A stretch of 64,000 nucleotides of DNA from Nitrospirota bacterium (GCA_963741245.1 CAVUHR010000023.1:91167-155166); one strand, 5' to 3'. Counted from the stretch's first letter, positions 30,354 through 38,975 are shown. Numbers and translations are program-made. The notes: generated from the sequence alone by a model not told the origin.

Positions 30354-30797
30354 ATGATCGGCACGTTCTTACAGATGTGGACAGCGAGTCGCCGAGCCAG
30401 ATTCTCCCGTGCGATTGCGGGCGTCTGTGTGGTGCTCTGGGTGGCCGGGTCCGTCTCCACTCTGTATGGAAGCCTCGCCCCGCAATGGACAACGCCCCAC
30501 TGTCCGCAATCTCATTCGAACAGTACACATCACACCCATGGATCTTGCGCGTGGCACTGTGATGGGATCGAACGCGCAATCCTCCTCTGGCCGGTCATGG
30601 GGGCCATCCATTGCTCCGACTGGGTATCTGTTCGGAGATTCAACAGTCACGAGTATGCACTGCGATTCTTCAGGGTGGGAAGGTCATCCGTGGGCCGCCT
30701 CATTCTATTTTCTTCGGATTCGTCTAAGCCATGTTACAACGACAGGATTCCCACGAGGATTCCCGCACAAACAAAATCAGGAAGGATGCACACATGA
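30354..30797 (+). CDS. Small His/Cys protein, divergent paralogue 3; C-terminus uncertain
   Basis: N-terminal TM helix, then HSNSTHHTHGSCAWHCDG. The family's terminal R-G-P-P motif (VIRGPPHSIFFGFV*) appears only in another frame ending near 30727. Confidence 0.45.
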   Translation: MIGTFLQMWTASRRARFSRAIAGVCVVLWVAGSVSTLYGSLAPQWTTPHCPQSHSNSTHHTHGSCAWHCDGIERAILLWPVMGAIHCSDWVSVRRFNSHEYALRFFRVGRSSVGRLILFSSDSSKPCYNDRIPTRIPAQTKSGRMHT

Positions 30798-32380
30798 AGT
30801 CGACTAAAAATCGGACCATAGCCATTACGAGCGCCGCAACGGCAATGCTGGGATTGGTCCTAATTGCCCTTGCCAGCTGCAGTTCCGGAGACGACCCCAT
30901 TGCTACACCTACCACAGGCGGCAGCGCGGGGCTCCAAGGGCCGTTGGTGTTTGTCAACAATACGGGAGACAAAACGCTGACCAGCGTGGCACTCAAGGGC
31001 GACTCGGGAAATGCCGTGGTGAACACACTCGGTCCAGGCGTCTTCGGCAACGTAGCTCTTGGTGACATGCAGTTTTCAGAAGGCGAGTGGCTCTTTATGA
31101 ATCTGGGATTGGTAAATTCCGTGGCCCTAATCGATCCACTGTCCGGTGCTACGCCTATTTTTGAGAAGATTATACAGGTTGGAAACAGACCGGTTCACAT
31201 CTATCGCGACCCCACTGATGGTGAAGTGATCTGGTCTATGATCGATGGCTCTGCCGCGACAGGTCTCGACGATGTGCCAGCGACCATACCCCATACGCCT
31301 CCCCAGCTAGATGAGATCATTGACTGTACTTCGACGGGCGGCGGAGCAGTGACGATCTTTCACAACTCGCATTTGGGCCCCGGGGGTGTGATCCCTAAGA
31401 TCATCGGGAAGGTTTGTCTCTATGCGAAAGGGCATAAGGTGACCGCGTTCTCCTCGGGAGCAGGGGTTCCCAAGAGGGCCTTTGTTTCAAGCGAAGTTTC
31501 CGGAGAAATTTCCGTGATCAACAACGATGAGACCTCGCCGGATTATCTGAAGCTCATCAATCGGATCGATCTATGCAATTCGACAAAGGAAGCTGTGCCC
31601 TGCAACGATGAGTCGGCAACTCCATTGACAACGGCCTTCACGCCCAACAATTCCGCCCCCCACGGGATTCGTTGGTCGAAACTCACCAAGAAGGTCTACA
31701 GCATCAATGAGGGGTATCACAATATCGTCGAAATCGACCCGGCGAGCTTGGCGATTACAAACACGTTCGATCTTACGGGATCGCTATACACCGCGTACGG
31801 GATCAGCCCTGATGGCCGTTTCCTGTTGCTGCGCGGCGACACCACTCCTCCGACGGGAACGAAGTTGGGAGTGATCGATCTGGGCACGGCAGGCAACCCA
31901 CGAACCGATTTTACCATCCCCGAGTTGGATGGTACTTCACCCGGATCGTTCAAGTTCTCGCCGGACGGAAAGCGGTTCTATATTCTGGCGGGGAACGCCG
32001 CCACGGCGACCAAAAAGGATCGACTCTTTGCCTTCAATTCCTCCACATTAACGGCGGCTGTTCCATCCCTTACTCTCCTTAGAGAGATCGTACTGGTGGC
32101 TACTGGTGGACATAGCATGGATGTCTTGGCGCAGGGAGCCGGGGGAGCCAAGTATATCGTGGTCTCGAACAGCACGGATAATTCCGTCTCGATCATCAAT
32201 GCGACGGATAATCTGATCAAGCAGACGGTACCCGTTGGGCCAACGCCCGGCGGCGTCATGGTCTATTATCCTGGTTTCGCCGCAGCCGGCAATCAAGCCA
32301 CGTCATCGCTCACGGGAGGGTCAAAATCCACGCCTTCTGTGTTACCCGAACTGCTCGACGATCATGGCATGCCGGAATAG
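30794..32380 (+). CDS. Lipoprotein with YVTN-type beta-propeller repeats
   Basis: Lipobox LIALASC. Repeats such as NSVSIINATDNLIKQTVPVGPTPGGV and ISPDGRFLLL. RBS AGGAAGGA upstream of ATG 30794. Confidence 0.7.
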   Translation: MKSTKNRTIAITSAATAMLGLVLIALASCSSGDDPIATPTTGGSAGLQGPLVFVNNTGDKTLTSVALKGDSGNAVVNTLGPGVFGNVALGDMQFSEGEWLFMNLGLVNSVALIDPLSGATPIFEKIIQVGNRPVHIYRDPTDGEVIWSMIDGSAATGLDDVPATIPHTPPQLDEIIDCTSTGGGAVTIFHNSHLGPGGVIPKIIGKVCLYAKGHKVTAFSSGAGVPKRAFVSSEVSGEISVINNDETSPDYLKLINRIDLCNSTKEAVPCNDESATPLTTAFTPNNSAPHGIRWSKLTKKVYSINEGYHNIVEIDPASLAITNTFDLTGSLYTAYGISPDGRFLLLRGDTTPPTGTKLGVIDLGTAGNPRTDFTIPELDGTSPGSFKFSPDGKRFYILAGNAATATKKDRLFAFNSSTLTAAVPSLTLLREIVLVATGGHSMDVLAQGAGGAKYIVVSNSTDNSVSIINATDNLIKQTVPVGPTPGGVMVYYPGFAAAGNQATSSLTGGSKSTPSVLPELLDDHGMPE

Positions 32381-32417
32381 GAGAGCACTCCACGTTTCAT
32401 TTTTAACCTGAAACCAA

Positions 32418-32439
32418 GGGGGCAGGACAACCTGCCCCC
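32418..32439 (+). terminator. Stem-loop after the YVTN gene
   Basis: GGGGGCAGG-ACAA-CCTGCCCCC: perfect 9-bp GC-rich stem with a 4-nt loop. The U-tract is poor (TTCGAAAC). Confidence 0.5.
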
Positions 32440-32462
32440 TTCGAAACAAAAATCATTTCGCC

Positions 32463-32759
32463 ATGGAGAGGACTATGGATAAAACACTCTTGCGCGTGGG
32501 GGAAGCCGCAGACTTCTTGTCGGTGAGCCGCTGGACCATCTATCGTTGGGTGGAAGAGGGCCGCCTCGAAGGGACGAAGATCGGGCGCGGAAGCCTGCGG
32601 GTGTTTTTTCACTCAATCGAAATGCTTGTTGAGCAAAGCCGAACGGAAGATGTGCCGAATGCGAGGATATCAGGCCCCAAGATAATGCCGATCATGGAAG
32701 TTGCCAGGTCGAGAAGCAACCACTCACCAGCGATGGGGATACATGCGACGAAAATCTAA
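32463..32759 (+). CDS. Excisionase/MerR-superfamily helix-turn-helix DNA-binding protein
   Basis: LLRVGEAADFLSVSRWTIYRWVEEGRLEGTKIGRGSLRV matches the excisionase-type HTH_17 pattern. Confidence 0.7.
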   Translation: MERTMDKTLLRVGEAADFLSVSRWTIYRWVEEGRLEGTKIGRGSLRVFFHSIEMLVEQSRTEDVPNARISGPKIMPIMEVARSRSNHSPAMGIHATKI

Positions 32760-32760
32760 G

Positions 32761-33385
32761 TGTGTGTAGCATCTGTGAGTAGCTGTCGGTAGACAAGTTG
32801 TCGGCGGACGCGTATAGAAGTGACATCGTGGAGAAATTGATGACACGTTCTGCTGCATCACGCAGGACCGTTCTTGTCGCAGGGTTCGTGGCCCTGGTCT
32901 ATGCGTCGCTGGTGGCGGTGGCGGCGAGCTGCGCGGTGAGTCACGTCGATCCCCCTAGCGGCCATACGCATCATGGTTCGAAAGAGGCTGCTCCGCACAA
33001 CGCGCTCTGCGCCTGGGCCTGTCAGGCCGCGTCCGATGCCGGACTGGTGCCGGAGTCGCCGGCGTTGTCATCGACCCTGATCGTCCGGTTGATGGTCGCA
33101 TCTCCTAATCAGGTGATCCCTTCATTCTCCTCTACTCTGCTCCGCTCCCGTGCGCCTCCGTCGGTTTCCTGCGTCCTCATCGGATAAGGGACCCCGGGCG
33201 GCCTGTATTGTTCTAATTCCCCTCGCGCTCCCCTATTCGATCGCAGTTACGCGTACACACAATTGACGGTTATTGAGCTATCGATGTCCGAGCATGGCAG
33301 CAGCCCCTCCCGTGCTCGGATTGATCCGGGGCGCAGGTGCTCCTCCTCGTGCCTCCACCCCGGCTTTTTATCGCGAGGTGCCTCG
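32761..33385. repeat. Segmental duplication, copy 1 (~620 bp)
   Basis: Roughly 85-90% identical by eye to 38349-38975. Spans the small His/Cys gene plus ~190 nt of downstream leader. Confidence 0.85.
32840..33187 (+). CDS. Small secreted His/Cys protein, paralogue 4
   Basis: ATG 32840 with GGAGA RBS. TM anchor, then GHTHHGSKEAAPHNALCAWACQAA, and ends ..RSRAPPSVSCVLIG. Confidence 0.7.
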   Translation: MTRSAASRRTVLVAGFVALVYASLVAVAASCAVSHVDPPSGHTHHGSKEAAPHNALCAWACQAASDAGLVPESPALSSTLIVRLMVASPNQVIPSFSSTLLRSRAPPSVSCVLIG

Positions 33386-33949
33386 ATGATACATGCCATG
33401 AATATACCTCTCTGCCGTTGGGCGATCGGAACTGGGCTGTGTCTCGCAGTTTTGGCGCAGTGCGAGACCGTCATGGCTCAGGCCTCGCGACCGATCGAGG
33501 AGATGCGAGGCAATTGCGATCACTATGCGCTGGATGTCCGAAAAGAACTGGCGGCGATGGAAGGCGTCCCACGGAACCTGACCGCGCTGACCGAACGTGG
33601 GGCTGCGCCCCCGATCAGTCCGAGCCGTCAATCCCTCTTGGTGACCCTACAGCACCGCGAATCCGTCACTCTTGTAGCGACGCCGAAACCCGAGGGTCCC
33701 AACGCGGGGCTCCTGGCGTTGTCCGTCCCAGAGGACGGGCTCTACCGCATCAGTGTAGGGGCTGCCGTCTGGATCGAGGTAGTGGACGGCCAGGCGCGAG
33801 TGGAGCCAACGCAGTTCGAGATGCAGACAGGCTGCGCCACGCTCTTCAAGACGATCCAGTATCGGTTGAAGAAGGACGTGAGCTACTGGCTCGAGCTGTC
33901 CGGAGCTACATCGACGGCCACCATTGTATTGTCATCAGAAACGAAGTGA
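33386..33949 (+). CDS. Hypothetical secreted protein (~187 aa)
   Basis: ATG 33386 preceded by GAGGTG. Signal peptide MIHAMNIPLCRWAIGTGLCLAVLAQCETVMA. No family recognised. Confidence 0.55.
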   Translation: MIHAMNIPLCRWAIGTGLCLAVLAQCETVMAQASRPIEEMRGNCDHYALDVRKELAAMEGVPRNLTALTERGAAPPISPSRQSLLVTLQHRESVTLVATPKPEGPNAGLLALSVPEDGLYRISVGAAVWIEVVDGQARVEPTQFEMQTGCATLFKTIQYRLKKDVSYWLELSGATSTATIVLSSETK

Positions 33950-33952
33950 TCC

Positions 33953-34567
33953 ATGTCTCTGACTCTCGGTATGACGCAACAGGAGTTCGTTCAGGCCATG
34001 CGGATGGGAGACGCACGTGAACAGACGTTGCATATCGTCGTCGTGAGGCTGCTGACCATTGCCCTGATGGTAACGGACTGGCGCCAGCCGCAGGACCAGC
34101 TAGGATTCTTGCCGGTGCCGGAGGGGTACCGAACTTGGCCGGTCGTGGAATCTCAGTTGGAGTCGCGCAGGCGCCGCCAGCGGTTCAGGTTGTATGTGGG
34201 GCCCCACGCCGCGACCCTCTCGGACGACCAGCCCTTTCCAGTCGGTACGGCCTTCGTCGTGGAGACCGTTGACATCGAGGTTGCCGGTGAGCCGCTCGTC
34301 TCGCGGTTTGTCAAGGAAAGATATGCTGATGTGACAACCGGCGAGTCGGATCGCGTGCAATACGGGGTCTGGGCCTCTGCGAGACCTATGGGACGGCCGG
34401 TGACGTGCTGCCGATGGACGAGACGGCCTGCGCGCCACTGCCATTCGAGCTCAGGAGATCCACTCATCTCGCTCGCCTGCGCAGAGCCAGCAGAGTCGGT
34501 CGAGTCAGGATGCACAGAAAGGAGGGAGACGATGAACGGGAGGGCGACCCCGTCCGGCCCCGCTTGA
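33953..34567 (+). CDS. Cytochrome P460 / c'-beta-like protein; haem motif not intact in frame
   Basis: FLPVPEGYRTW, FRLYVGP and FPVGTAFVVETV resemble the P460 family. An expected ..LP..E.AC..CH is visible only by switching frames near 34381-34436. Confidence 0.45.
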   Translation: MSLTLGMTQQEFVQAMRMGDAREQTLHIVVVRLLTIALMVTDWRQPQDQLGFLPVPEGYRTWPVVESQLESRRRRQRFRLYVGPHAATLSDDQPFPVGTAFVVETVDIEVAGEPLVSRFVKERYADVTTGESDRVQYGVWASARPMGRPVTCCRWTRRPARHCHSSSGDPLISLACAEPAESVESGCTERRETMNGRATPSGPA

Positions 34568-34647
34568 TTGTAATTTATCGGGAGAGGAAGGAGGCACTCG
34601 AATAGTTCGTAGGGATCCATTCACAATTTTTGAAGGAGGAACGTCCA

Positions 34648-34968
34648 ATGAAGCAGATATGGATGACGGTCATGGCAGTGGCGGTACTCGGGATGGGCCT
34701 GAGCATGCAGCCGGCAGTCTCGCTGGCAGGGGAGGCAGAGGATCATACCCAGGAGGTGATCAAGCACGCCAAGGAAGGGATCGCGCATACGAAGGAAGCG
34801 ATCCATCACATCGAAGAGTCCATCAAGGTGACCGGCGATGCGCATGCCAAAGAAGCGCTGCAACATGCGAATGAAGCGGTTGTTCACGCGGAGCAATCGA
34901 TCGCCCATGCCGAGATGGAGGCGAAGAAGCCGATGTGTTGCCCGGAAGGGATGAAGGAGCACAAGTAG
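34648..34968 (+). CDS. SmbP-like small His-rich metal-binding protein
   Basis: Signal peptide, then heptad-like His repeats (IKHAKEGIAHTKEAIHHIEESIK..AHAKEALQHANEAVVHAEQSIAHAE). Ends in MCCPEG. RBS GAAGGAGGA. Confidence 0.65.
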   Translation: MKQIWMTVMAVAVLGMGLSMQPAVSLAGEAEDHTQEVIKHAKEGIAHTKEAIHHIEESIKVTGDAHAKEALQHANEAVVHAEQSIAHAEMEAKKPMCCPEGMKEHK

Positions 34969-34975
34969 GGAAGCC

Positions 34976-35060
34976 TGTCTGGTTCATTTGGTCTGTCTGG
35001 TCTGTCTGGTTTATTTGGTTGAACGAAACTAACCAGATGGACCAGATAACCAGACAGACC
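34976..35060. repeat. Nonamer-array palindrome (TGGTYTRTY)n
   Basis: TGGTTCATT TGGTCTGTC TGGTCTGTC TGGTTTATT TGGTTGAAC..AACCAGATGG ACCAGATA ACCAGACAGACC. Directly after the SmbP-like gene. Confidence 0.8.
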
Positions 35061-35238
35061 GGGTTTGTCCCAGTCTCGCGGACCAGTTGAAGACGCTGCA
35101 TTATGGATCGTAAACTGAATCAGATAAACGTCATCCCGCTGGTCGATCTTATGTTAGTAGCACCGTTATCTGTTCCAATCTGACGCTGTGACATATTTCG
35201 ATGACCTAGGGCTTCATCTTCTGCACTGAGAGCGTGTG

Positions 35239-35595
35239 ATGGTCAACATTGTAAAAAGTTTCGAGAAAGAAATCCGGAGTGCCCAACGCACACGAAGATC
35301 TGTGGCAGGACTGTTGGTGCTGATGTGGGTGGTAGGGTGCGGTGGGGTGTTTACCGGAATCCCGGACCTGGATACTCCCGATGGGCGGGTGTTCGCGCAA
35401 CGTTGTGGGGCCTGCCACGGCAAGTCCTTTAGGGCCCATGGGGTGCCGGATCCGCGGTTCCGGACGATGGTGGAATGGCGGCAGGAGATCCTGCCAAAAA
35501 TGGACCATCTTATGCGCGAAAGCGGGCTCCCGCCTCTAACGGAACGGGAGCGTGAGGCCATCATCCGTTACCTCAGCGATCACGCTAAATCATAG
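35239..35595 (+). CDS. Monohaem c-type cytochrome, probable lipoprotein
   Basis: Lipobox-like LMWVVGC. Single CGACH haem-binding motif. Confidence 0.7.
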   Translation: MVNIVKSFEKEIRSAQRTRRSVAGLLVLMWVVGCGGVFTGIPDLDTPDGRVFAQRCGACHGKSFRAHGVPDPRFRTMVEWRQEILPKMDHLMRESGLPPLTEREREAIIRYLSDHAKS

Positions 35596-36121
35596 GGCTC
35601 AACCTTAAGGCAGCATTCCAGACCTTGCTCGGGATCTCTACCCAGAAAGCGCCGCGAATCCTGCCGGAACTGGTCAACCGAAGTCAACCGGAGAAGCATT
35701 CAGCTCAAATTGAAGAACGGACAGGTGTCTCGGTACACTCCACAACATCAGGCCTGACTTGCGGCAGCTGCACAGCCTTTGAGGATCGCATGGAACGGTG
35801 CGAGACCGGAAATCTCCGGACCAAATCCAGCAAGATCACGTGCGACTTTATACCATCAGAGTAATTTCTCCCGTGTGACACCCCGTCGTAAGTCAGGTCG
35901 GCATAGGATAGAGAATCCCTTGTACTTTTCGGTGGATGGGACGACCACCAGCGCCAGAGACAATGGTGTTTAGACCATTCCCGTTATCCGCGTGAGTAAC
36001 TGAGAGGGTGGCGAAATACGGGGCGCGGGTCACCTTGCGCATGATCGAAAGCACCGTTTATAACTGACCAGCGCAATAGTGATTGAACGAGAAAAGGTGC
36101 TGGCCGCTAAAGGAGATCGAA

Positions 36122-36628
36122 ATGCTTAGAACACCGCTTCTTATTGTTGCGTTATTGTTTCTGCAGAATGTAGCGTATGCCGGAACGGATATACCATTGC
36201 CCGAAGGAGTCCACGTCTTTAAACAGGACATATTCCTATCGGGCGCTCCGCACGAAAACACGTTTCGTGACATGGCACAGGCGGGGGTCAGAATCGCAGT
36301 CGACTTGCGAGAGCCCGAAGAAATACAAGGATTCGAGAAACGTGCCGCAAAACAACATGAGATCACCTACTATTCAGCTCCCATCTCCCGAGTTGGAGAC
36401 TTGCAACAAGATCAAATCGAAGCGGTCGATCGAATCGTTGCCCAAAGGCAGGGTCAGAAAATATGGGTTTACTGCAATTCGGCAAACCGCGCCGCCTCCT
36501 GGATGGCCATTCATCTTGCTAAGACCCAGGGAATGAAGGCGGATGACGCCATCGCTGAAGCTAAACACCTCGGTCTAAACAAGGAAGAAATGGTGACGAA
36601 GGTTCGAGCCTTTTTGCAAAGGAAGTAG
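36122..36628 (+). CDS. Secreted DUF442/PTP-loop-like protein
   Basis: RBS AAAGGAGA. Signal peptide. VYCNSANRAAS resembles the Cys-x4-Arg loop of the DUF442 phosphatase-like family. Confidence 0.55.
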   Translation: MLRTPLLIVALLFLQNVAYAGTDIPLPEGVHVFKQDIFLSGAPHENTFRDMAQAGVRIAVDLREPEEIQGFEKRAAKQHEITYYSAPISRVGDLQQDQIEAVDRIVAQRQGQKIWVYCNSANRAASWMAIHLAKTQGMKADDAIAEAKHLGLNKEEMVTKVRAFLQRK

Positions 36629-37242
36629 AATGGCGCTCCTGAGTAGCAGGGTTTGAGATCTGCGATACACGAGTACGCGGTTAAAGCCAGATCTTCACTA
36701 GGTACTCGGCGAGCTGATCGAGGCTTGTCAGACCTGATGGTCTCATCCGTGCTTCGATCGTGCGGCACACCACAACCCTGACTGCACTTAAGAACGTGAG
36801 CTGTTCGACAATCCATTGCATAGACATCATGCATTAGGATCGGTGAATCCAGCCTTCTGAACCCTCACCAGTATGTAAGGGAAAGGCAAGGTTGTAACCG
36901 AGACTAGACCGGCGGGCGTGTTCAATCCACTCCTACCACGACTGTTTTGAGAGGCGTCTCCGCTGTTTCGAGCATCCCTCCCGACCAAAGGGCAGCGTTT
37001 CATTCGAGGCTCCCCTGGCTCAATTCCTTCTCGGCGCCTCGTACATGACATGAGTGGCTCATTTGCATGAATATACATTCCCCTTTGATTACGGCAGCTG
37101 GTTGTTAATACGTTGCGGAGGTGGCAAAGCCCAGCTATCCGAAGACCATCTTGGATTTTGCTACTCAATTCATCTCCGCGCTCGCGGGGAACACTTCGCC
37201 GCCAGCAGGCGTCCCGTGAAGAAAAATCCCTGTCGAGCGCCC

Positions 37243-38139
37243 TCAATTGGCTGTGGTCTTCGAGAGTGTGCGCCCGGTCAGGTAAAAAACATAGGCCGGC
37301 ACCAGGGGCAGGACGCAGGGCGAGAGGAAGGAGAGCAGCCCGGCCAGCATGGCGATGAAAAAGGTGGGTGTCATCCCGCCCAGGGAACCCGGCTCCAGAT
37401 AGAGGTTATGCTCCTGCGTCCAGCGCGCGATGATCGCCAACTGTTTCGTCAGGAGGGCAAAGCCGATGAGAATGAGCAGCGTGCCGTTAATCAACTGAAT
37501 CATCCGTATGTGGCGCTTGAGCGAGTGCAACAGGCCGGTAGCGCGATCCAGCGCCAGCGCAAAGATGACGAAGGGAATCCCCAGGCCCAGCGAATAGCCC
37601 GAAAGCAGAAATGCGCCCTGGCTGATGGTCGCGGTGCTATAGCTCAGCGCCAGAATCGCGCCCAGCGTCGGGCCGATGCAGGGCGTCCAGCCTGCCGAGA
37701 AGAACATGCCCATGAGGAAGGAGGGCACATAGCCGCTGCCGCTGCGCCTGCCCCAATCGGCGCGGGTGTCGGCGTAGAAATAACGCAGAAAGAGGTCAAT
37801 CCCGCCCTTTATCCAGCCGACCGGCAGCAGCCACCAGTGCTCACCCTCTTCAGCGGCGGCATCTTCCAGGCGGCCCAACCACCTTGATAGAGCGCCGAAC
37901 AGGCCCATCGTCGCCAGGCCAAACAGGATGACGACGACACCCCCGATCCGGGCCAGCGGCCCCCGGAGGTCAAATACCAGTTGGCCGATGCCGCTCACCA
38001 CCGAGCCCACGCCGACGAAGACGACCGAAAAGCCGAGCACGAAGAGGAGCGCGTGGATCACCGGCCTGGGTCGGGCCGCTTGTCCCCCTTGCGCCGGTGC
38101 GACCGCCGTGGCTGCGCCCTGCGTGATTGTCTCTTTCAT
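37243..38139 (-). CDS. ccdA: CcdA/DsbD-family thiol-disulfide transporter, circularly permuted
   Basis: GWTPCIGPTLGAILAL is central. LAGLLSFLSPCVLPLVPAYV, normally in TM1, is the last helix. ATG 38139 (MKETITQ) has GGAGGA 7 nt upstream. Confidence 0.75.
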   Translation of the reverse strand: MKETITQGAATAVAPAQGGQAARPRPVIHALLFVLGFSVVFVGVGSVVSGIGQLVFDLRGPLARIGGVVVILFGLATMGLFGALSRWLGRLEDAAAEEGEHWWLLPVGWIKGGIDLFLRYFYADTRADWGRRSGSGYVPSFLMGMFFSAGWTPCIGPTLGAILALSYSTATISQGAFLLSGYSLGLGIPFVIFALALDRATGLLHSLKRHIRMIQLINGTLLILIGFALLTKQLAIIARWTQEHNLYLEPGSLGGMTPTFFIAMLAGLLSFLSPCVLPLVPAYVFYLTGRTLSKTTAN

Positions 38140-38348
38140 CCTATTGTCCTCCGACGCCCCATTATATACCCGACCTCGTGATGATTGGCAGAGACTTCCC
38201 ACCGCCTTTTCCTCCTGCTCCTCCTCCAAGAGTATCTGGAGGTCATCCGCACATGACCCGAATCATTCACGACTGAAGTCCCGGTGGGTTCGCGCTCATG
38301 ATTCCCACCGATCTCAGTGATCAAGACTGCCTCATCCCATCTTGAGGT

Positions 38349-38975
38349 TTGTAGTATCCGTGAGCATCCGTGAGCAGGGGTCGGTAGACAGGTTATCGGC
38401 GGACGCGTATAGAAGTGACATCGTGGAGAAATTGATGATGCGTTCTGCTGTATCACGCAGTACCGTTCTTGTCGCAGGGTTCGTGGCCTTGGTCTATGCC
38501 TCGCTTGCAGTGATGGCGGCGAGCTGCGCGATGAGTCACGTCGATCCCTCCTAGCGGCCATGCGCATCATGGTTCGCAAGAATCTGCTCCGCACAACGCG
38601 CTCTGCGCCTGGGCCTGTCAGGCCGCGTTCGATGCCGGACTGGTGCCGGAGTCGCCAGCGTTGTCATCGACCCTGATCGTCCGGTTGATGGTCGCATCTC
38701 CTAATCAGGTGATCCCTTCATTCTCCTCTACTCTGCTCCGCTCCCGTGCGCCTCCGTCGGTTTCCTGCGTCCTCATCGGATAAGGGACCCCGGGCGGCCT
38801 GTATTGTTCTGATTCCTCTCGCGCTCCATTATTCGATCCCAGTCTCGCGTCCACACAATTGACGATTGTTGATTTATCGATGTCCGGGTCGGGCTGCCTC
38901 CTCGCTCGGACTGATCCGGGGCGCAGGTGTTTCCTCCTCAATGCCTCCGCCCCGGTTATTTACTTGGTTGGTTTT
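38349..38975. repeat. Segmental duplication, copy 2
   Basis: See 32761-33385. Confidence 0.85.
38435..38783 (+). pseudogene. Small His/Cys protein paralogue 5, frameshifted
   Basis: Copy 1 reads GATCCCCCTAGC (DPPS). This copy reads GATCCCTCCTAG, a 1-nt difference in length that creates TAG at 38552-38554. The rest (HAHHGSQESAPHNALCAWACQAA...RAPPS) continues in the +1 frame. Confidence 0.8.

Noticed and set aside
32463-32759. Excisionase-type HTH gene as evidence for an integrated mobile element or prophage.
   Set aside because: No integrase, transposase, att-like direct repeats or phage genes are visible in the window. It may simply be a MerR-superfamily regulator of the island.
36827-37246. 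139-aa minus-strand ORF that might be a relic of a second ccdA copy downstream of the permuted gene.
   Set aside because: No frame shows CcdA TM2-TM6 motifs, and the product is Arg-rich and non-hydrophobic.
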